NCBI GenBank assembly: GCA_002269645.1
Contig: NIVC01001819.1
Location: 51,605 to 115,604, forward strand
Source of the DNA: Macrostomum lignano
Lineage: Eukaryota
Length of the DNA stretch: 64,000 nucleotides
Reading direction: 5' to 3'
The notes beneath the pieces were generated by a model, which saw only the letters and a list, made by a program, of their open reading frames with translations, searched no databases and was not told where the DNA came from. The translations under genes and the position numbers were made by a program. Shown here in pieces: positions 57,181-64,000 of this stretch (position 1 is its first letter; every line of letters begins with the position of its first letter).

Positions 57181-58694
57181 ATGTGAAGGTTTCACGACAG
57201 ATATTGAGATAGACATTCAAAATGATCATCTGTAACTTAAAACAAAATTGACCCACTTCAACCATCTTTTTGGCAAATATTTATGCAAGTATTGGGCATC
57301 AAATAAGCTTTACTTTATTAACTGAAGTAAAAATCTTTCTGGCATACATTGATTTAAAATTTGCTTAGCAACACTCTGATTAGACATTGCTTTACCCTTG
57401 ACTGAAATTGTTTTTATAGTAGCAGCCTAAAAGTAGATACTAGATTAAAAAAATGTTTTGATTTACTCTTTACACATGTCTCAGCTTTAAAATGACACTT
57501 CAGGCATTGCAAAACACAGCTTTGATGCCGAGATATTCAACACTAAACATTGCTTTGTGCAAACTCACATTCAGAAATTTCACTGATTTTTAATTAATAT
57601 TTGTGTAGCTGCCATGTCCTTGTTTTTCATCAGATTCGTCAAATTCTAGTCATGTCTATACACATGTCTCAGCTTTAAAATGACACCTCAGGTGTCGCAA
57701 AAGACAGCTTTGATGCTGAGATATTTGACACTAAACATTGCTTTGCTCAAACTCACATTTGGAAACTTCACTGATTTTTAATCAATATTTGTTCAGATGC
57801 TTGCCTACTTCTCTATTTATTAACCATTGCATGAAGCCTTGCTAACATACAAGTGTATTGTAGAATGCTTAAGACAATTATTTTATTGGTTTTTGTAAAT
57901 TGTGCAGTATTGCGATCCAAACATTATTTAGTATTATTATTATGATTTTTGTTAATATTATTATGAGTATTAAGCAATTTTGTAATTAAGCAAATTAGGC
58001 ACATTCTTAGGGCATTGGGAAAAAGATTAATTACAAGCACTGTGGCTTCTATGATATGCATTTCCAAGTTTACTCCACAATATCAGCAGTAACTCCACAA
58101 GAGACGACTAAAGGACAAATGCGCTCTTCTTTGGCTAAGTTAATCCGTCAAAAAGTTGGATGGCTGCTGTTGTCATGGCAAAAAAACCTTTTCCCTTGAC
58201 AAGCCAATCCCACTGCTCCAAACTTTGGGGCGGCTATTCCATAATGAAACACAAGGACATGGCAGCTACACAAATATCAATTAAAAATCAGTGAAATTTC
58301 TGAATGTGAGTTTGTGCAAAGCAATGTTTTGTGTCAAATATCTTGGCATCAAAGCTGTGTTTTGCAACGCCTGATATGTCATTTTAAAGCTGAGACATGC
58401 ATAAAAAGAGTAAATTGAAACATTTTTTAATCCAATATCTACTTTAAGGCTGCTACAATCAAAACAATTTCACTCAATGGTAAAGCAATGTCTAATCAGA
58501 GTGTTGCTAAGCAAATTTTAAATCAATGTATATCAGAAAGATTTTTACTTCAGTTAATAAAGTAAATCTTATTCAATGACCAATACTTGCTTAAATATTT
58601 GCCAAAAAGATGGTTGAAGTGGGTCAATTTTGTTTAAAGTTACAGATGATTGTTTTGAATGTCTGTTTGAATATCTGTCGTGAAACCTTTACAT
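57181..58694. mobile_element. Foldback / Mutator-like non-autonomous element with ~445-bp TIRs and a 9-bp TSD
   Basis: Arm 57181-~57627 is the reverse complement of ~58247-58694 (ATGTGAAGGTTTCACGACAGATATT / AATATCTGTCGTGAAACCTTTACAT). AGTAGCTAA is directly repeated at 57172-57180 and 58695-58703. Confidence 0.9.
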
Positions 58695-61600
58695 AGTAGC
58701 TAATAGACACAATTGATTCAAATTAATTTGGTAAATTGGTAAATAATTTTTTTACCAATTGTTAAAAGGTCAAATATTTGAAAAACAAAGTTTTAAATGC
58801 TTCAAATTTAAATAAACCCCTATTTGAATTTTTTACTTGAATGCTTACCACCAGGGGCTTAGTGTCATAATAGGTCTATGCTTATATATTTAGCAACATT
58901 GAAAAGTCTATGTCTATGAACATCATTTTTTATAGTATAGTTAAAGCTTCTCCATCTTTGTGAATGATGCAACATAGCTTTTTTTTGTGGCAGGCATGAG
59001 TTGAAGGATAAAGTTTGGGGTGCATTGTGCAAATGTTTTGTTGAATAGATTAAAGGTATCTAGCCTAATATGTTTTCTTTTTAGTTTTCTGTATTAAATT
59101 GTATATTTTTAAAAATAGGCCTAGTCCAAGAGAAGTTGATTATAGACAGGCATGTAAATTGTTGACTTTTTAATGTTGCTGAGTATATATAAAATTTTAA
59201 ACAATGAAAAATAGATTTGAAATTAGGCCTAGGGGAAATATTCAAAAATGATTTTTTTATGCTTCTCAATATTTGAATTTTGAATTTGAATGCCCATATC
59301 ATCTATGGGGGGCTTAATGCACTAGTACTAGCTAATTTGAATTAAAAGCCATAAATTGTTACTGATGAAAAAGCAAAATATTTATTTTTAATTGTTGAAC
59401 AAAGAAATGTCAATAAAAAATATTTAAATTAGTAAGGTTCTACTTCTAACTTCCATGGTATACAATAAGTCTAAATTAAAAAAACTGCCAATCTTTCCCT
59501 TTGACTACGACTATTAATTGACTGACAGGTAAAATTCTAGACCTATGTGCATATATTTTACTGCTGTATTTTTATTTTGCTAGTTTCTGTTGATGGCTCT
59601 AAATTTTAAGTTTGAACATCATACTATTACTAAACATGTCTCTTCTTAGATGTCAAGTATCTGGATTAAATTGTCAGTTACTTATACAGAAATAAGCAAA
59701 TAAAATCTAAAACATTAGTCTCCACGATACAATGGAGCATTACAAAAATTATAATTTTGTCATAGAAAGTGTATAGCAGACGGCCGATATTTAGTAACTA
59801 TCGCGATTTTTACATTAATGACAAGAAATCAAATAGTTTAAACGTAAAACGTGGCAAAAGTATACCATATAAACAAATTCGAAAAACTAATTCAACCGAT
59901 TTAGACTCGAATAAAGAACAGTGACCATTTTTAATTGTTTAAAAACAGATTTTATAATTTATTTCGCAAAATTACTATTATCGATCATATTTAAGTTGTT
60001 ATTTTGTTGCTATTGTGGTAGGCGAGGCCTCCCACTACTTCCCACTGAATGTAACCTTATTTTCCACGGGGTGGATGATTTTACTCAGTGGATTCCGAAC
60101 ATTGACGTCACTTTCCCTGCGCGGAAAGCGTTTTACGCAAATGTAACTTTCCTTCCCACCCCCTGGCTAATTTTTGTTTTACTGCGTTTTCCATAAGGGT
60201 CCACCCGGTGTTTAGTCTTCACCACCCGGTGTACCCTCCCCTCTCCCCACCGTGTGTCTCTTTGGTCCCACCCGGGGTAACCCGCTTCCGCCCGGTGGTT
60301 CCTTAAGAACCTAATTTAAGAGTCTGCGCCCGCCTTTCCAGCCAGACTCTCGTGTCCTTTGCCCGAACTCCAAGGAATCCCGCCGACCCGACTCAGACCA
60401 CGAGAGGCCCCTATCTTGTAAGCCCAGTATCCCGACCCGACCAGCTCCTCGTCCACCAATTTAAGTCTAATAATTAAGCGAATTGTTTTGTTATACTTAA
60501 TCTTGCTACTTAACTTAGTGCCGCATAATAATAATAATTACCCAGTTTTCGGCCAAATATTTATACCGGCCCATTTAGTTCTGTGTGTGAAACGGTGTCT
60601 TACCTTCGTGACCTCGGAAGCACTTTATTTTGACCCTTAGAGGTCCATCGAGAAGCGCTAGAGCAAACTCGAGCTAGTTTCCAGCTTTAGAGCATTTCCC
60701 GCGTAAAATCGCGGTGGTGGCAGCGACCTACTACTATTAGTAACACTCTCGAGAAATTTTAGTTTATTTTGAAGTGCCCCTCATCGGCTACAAATCTCTG
60801 CATTCGGCCTTCTGAACGTCGGCATACTAGACCGCTCAGCCGCGACCACAGCTACCCCCCCCCCCCCTGAGCCTGAGGAACTCAGCAGCGGAGCTCCCCG
60901 TCATCTACAAGCCGAAATCTTCGCCAAGTTTGTTTGAAACGACAAAGCGCACCGATTCGAACGGACGAGAACGAACGAATTTCAAGGAGCCCAGCAGAGA
61001 ATAGTTTTCAAAACCCCCCGACCTCACTATCAAGAAAAACAGCCACGGCCCGTCCGTCTTATCGTCAAAATATTGCGCAGCTTTTAATCTAATTTAGCAC
61101 GTTGTCTATTTAAACAAAGAGATGGCACCAGTCCTAACATTTTACCATACATTTTACTGTATCCAAATATTGACCTCCTGATACGTGCAGATGTACGTGC
61201 ATACGTGAGCTCCGACCCAGCTTTACTATTAATCTCCTCCAATCGTGACCCCGTCGCGCTCTGTAATTTGCAAGTCTTGTAATTTTGGCTAGCTGGGCCT
61301 GGGGTAGCAATACCTTAGGACTTACCCAGTCAGCGCAAATATACGAGTATATATGTGTGTATTCATGAGCGGCGGTAGTAGAGGCCACCTTCGTACCGAT
61401 CTAGGCTCAGCTACTAACTCCGCAACAACTACAACTGAAAATCAATCTTTACCTAGAAGCTCTCACTGCCAGAATTTGAGAGAATCCACCCCTGCTGCCG
61501 CCATCGCCGTTGTGTGAAGACAATAATAAGTCGCGTTTCTTTCTATATTGTGCGACTGGCTGAGTTTGATTTGCGCCATAGGGACGGACTGACCAGGTCT

Positions 61601-62263
61601 CCTGACGCGATCTCACGTTCAGAGTCCGAAGTCAGTCGGCCAGTTGACTGACGCCATCTCTGGGCTCGTCCGCTGAGATAGCTAGAGTTGCGATCCGGCT
61701 TACACAACACAATTTCAGTTGAGAGTCTGGAGTGAGATTTCAGTGCCCCACTAGAAGGATGTCAGGGTAATCTTGGGCTTGAACTTTCTCAGAGGGATGT
61801 CAGAGTCTCCTACCGAAGAAGATTCCGATACCCGCCGATATTACTGACACACCCGACGTCGATCCTATGGAAAATTTACACTTTTACAATGTTCCGACGA
61901 CACAAATAATTTTTTTTATTTCGCAAATTATTTGCTTTTCTCGCCGTCGGTTTTTTCGCGTACCGTGAGGTATCGAGGTCTGTAGTAGGATATCAGTCTA
62001 CTCACTGGATGTATCAGGGTTTCAACGGGATGCCAGTGCATATAGTGAGGTATCAGTGTCTCTAATATGATGTCATTGCATCCATTGAGGTATCAGTTTC
62101 TCTAATAGGATGTCAAACCTGCTGCTACTGGTAACGGTCGTCAAGCGTATGCGGGTGCGGTGGAGCCTGCTGGTACGACCAAGCCGGTGGCGTCAGGTAG
62201 CAGTGCGGCTAACGGCAGCAGTGTCACCGACAAGACCTGCAGTGTCCAGACGCAGTCGGGGCG

Positions 62264-62740
62264 GTGGAGCCAGCTGGATCTGATGAGCAGCCTATTGTCG
62301 TGGATCCCGACGAAGAGAGTGGCAATTTAGCAACGGGCAGCAATGCAGGAGCGCCAAGTGAGACTGGCGGTGTCACGATGCAGGAGACAATCGAGCCTGT
62401 TGGCTCGAACTACTCCGATGATGAAGATGTACAGCACATGGTCGTTGATCCAGATGGCGACTATTGGGGCGTTGCGCCTATATCTGCCGAAGATCTAGAT
62501 CCGTGTGGCTGTGACGACGATGATGCTGATGATGATGCTGGTGCTGCTGATGTCGCCATGCATCCAGGCAGGAGAAATGGGGCTGCAGTGTTTCTTGGCT
62601 CTGCATTGACTCACAACTTCTTAGCTGCGTACATCCAACTGTTTAGTGACGCGGCAGTCCTTATCCAGAAAAGGAATAACTGATCTGCTTAAGCTCCTAG
62701 ATATCGCTTTGCCTGTCGGTAGCATCGGGAGCACGAGAAA
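62264..62740 (+). pseudogene. Possible truncated CACTA/EnSpm-like transposase N-terminal fragment
   Basis: An acidic linker, then VFLGSALT..., and after a shift in the A-run at 62669-62672, GITDLLKLLDIALPVGS. This recalls the L.GS.LT...DLLKLL...LP helix of animal CACTA transposases (from memory, not searched). Confidence 0.35.
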
Positions 62741-62744
62741 TGCC

Positions 62745-63010
62745 CGCAGACAAATTGCCCGCCCAGATATGCCCGCAGTGCAATTTGCCCGCAGGAGATT
62801 TGCCCGCAGGGGGTTTGCCCGCCGAGCTTTTCCCGCCGTAATTTGCCCGCAATGCAATCTGCCCGCGAGTGAATTGCCCGCCGAGATTTGCCCGCCGAGA
62901 TTTGCCCGCGGTGATTTGCCCGCCCGCGAGCGAATTGCCCGCCGAGATTTGCCCGCGAGCGATTTGCCCGCCGAGATTTGCCCGCGAGCGATTTGCCCGC
63001 CGAGATTTCC
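62745..63010. repeat. Degenerate ATTTGCCCGC(CGAG) tandem repeat
   Basis: About 20 TTGCCCGC-type motifs. Confidence 0.88.
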
Positions 63011-63829
63011 GCAATGCTTTTTCCTTTAGTGCTGCATTTACTCGTACATGTAGCCTCGCGAGTAGCGACAGATTTGCCTGCATTGCGTTTTGTCAACACC
63101 CAATGCTAAGTAATGTCATTTTTAATAAAAATATTCAGCCAATAAAATTGCTCCTGTAGTATACATGTAACTGTATTCAAATTTCTCTATGCAGATTTTT
63201 CTTGTGGGAGAATTTTTCATTTCTATAGCGGCACATCAGTGAGCCACATATATTCTATGTAGCCCCCCTAGACTAGAGCATGCTCAATGCAATTTTTGGC
63301 GCCGCGTTTGGGTCGCAAAGTTCGACTTTTGCTGACCACAGACACACACAAAACAAGGTGATTCATACACGAAATACACCTGTTTATCCATCCGCAAGTC
63401 ACGTTTCGTATCAATACTATAAAGTTACGATAGTATTAAAGTTATAAAACCCATCCAAGATCAAGGTCAGAAGATTGCTTTCTTGTCCTTATCCAATGTT
63501 GAGTGTTCGGCGCTCATTGTACATTGTCAATGTACACTTTCCCTCTTCCCTCTGCCTACTAAGATTGCCCCGCTGGGCTGGTGTTCCCTAGGCCTCTGCC
63601 CCAGCACAGACCACCTTACCCACAGAGGCCCATACCCCCACCCCTTTTTCTAAAGTCGATCACCCTATGGTAATAAAAACCGTATGGGTCTCGTCCTCTC
63701 CTTAAGCTATAGCTGTTTGGGCTTTTATTGATTGCCTTCTTACAAGTATATAAGCCCAATAAATAGTTTGTCTGGATTCTGGAATTAACTGAATCTATTT
63801 GATTGCTCAACTTGCTATTGACAAATAAT

Positions 63830-64000
63830 ATGGAAGCTCCTCCGATCGCTGTGCGATTTAGTGCAACAAATCGTGGCAAACTAGCATGCGAAGGATATTA
63901 TTATACATTCGAACGCAGCCAGCGCGGTCGATATAGAAGTAAGCTTCTGGCAGTGCGAAGAGCGGCGTCTAGGACCCTGTCCGGCCGAATTCACATCCGA
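63830..64000 (+). pseudogene. FLYWCH-type zinc-finger fragment with two frameshifts, running off the window (possible MULE transposase start)
   Basis: The ATG 63830 frame reads F-SATNRGKLACEGYYYTFER. The +1 frame reads SFWQCEERRLGPCPA. The original frame resumes RIHIR. Confidence 0.6.

Overview
Eukaryotic, intron-rich invertebrate DNA. The GC-rich exons, very large GATA/TCTG microsatellites and many private minisatellites suggest a free-living flatworm such as Macrostomum (inference only). Three protein-coding genes can be assembled by hand. Two are tandem, same-strand innexin paralogues with identical three-exon coding structure (intron phases 1 and 2). Innexin A (3353-14436) is intact, 404 aa. 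Innexin B (20372-35892) would be 423 aa but lacks one base near 28270. The third is a convergent minus-strand RRBP1/p180-kinectin-family gene with at least 6 coding exons (52753 down to 46210, at least 859 aa). It has an N-terminal TM, a Lys-rich region, an 11-aa tandem repeat and a duplicated NNELREKNWK motif. Upstream of its first coding exon (52.8-58.7 kb) is a transposon cluster: a LINE 3' fragment, an ATAT-flanked TIR element, a decayed mariner nested in an older inverted-repeat element, and a 1.5-kb foldback element with ~445-bp TIRs and a 9-bp TSD. The right end holds degenerate CACTA-like and FLYWCH-like fragments. Most long ORFs in the supplied track are artefacts of tandem repeats. 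I saw no rRNA, tRNA or CRISPR array, and nothing I can support as a wholly new biological system.
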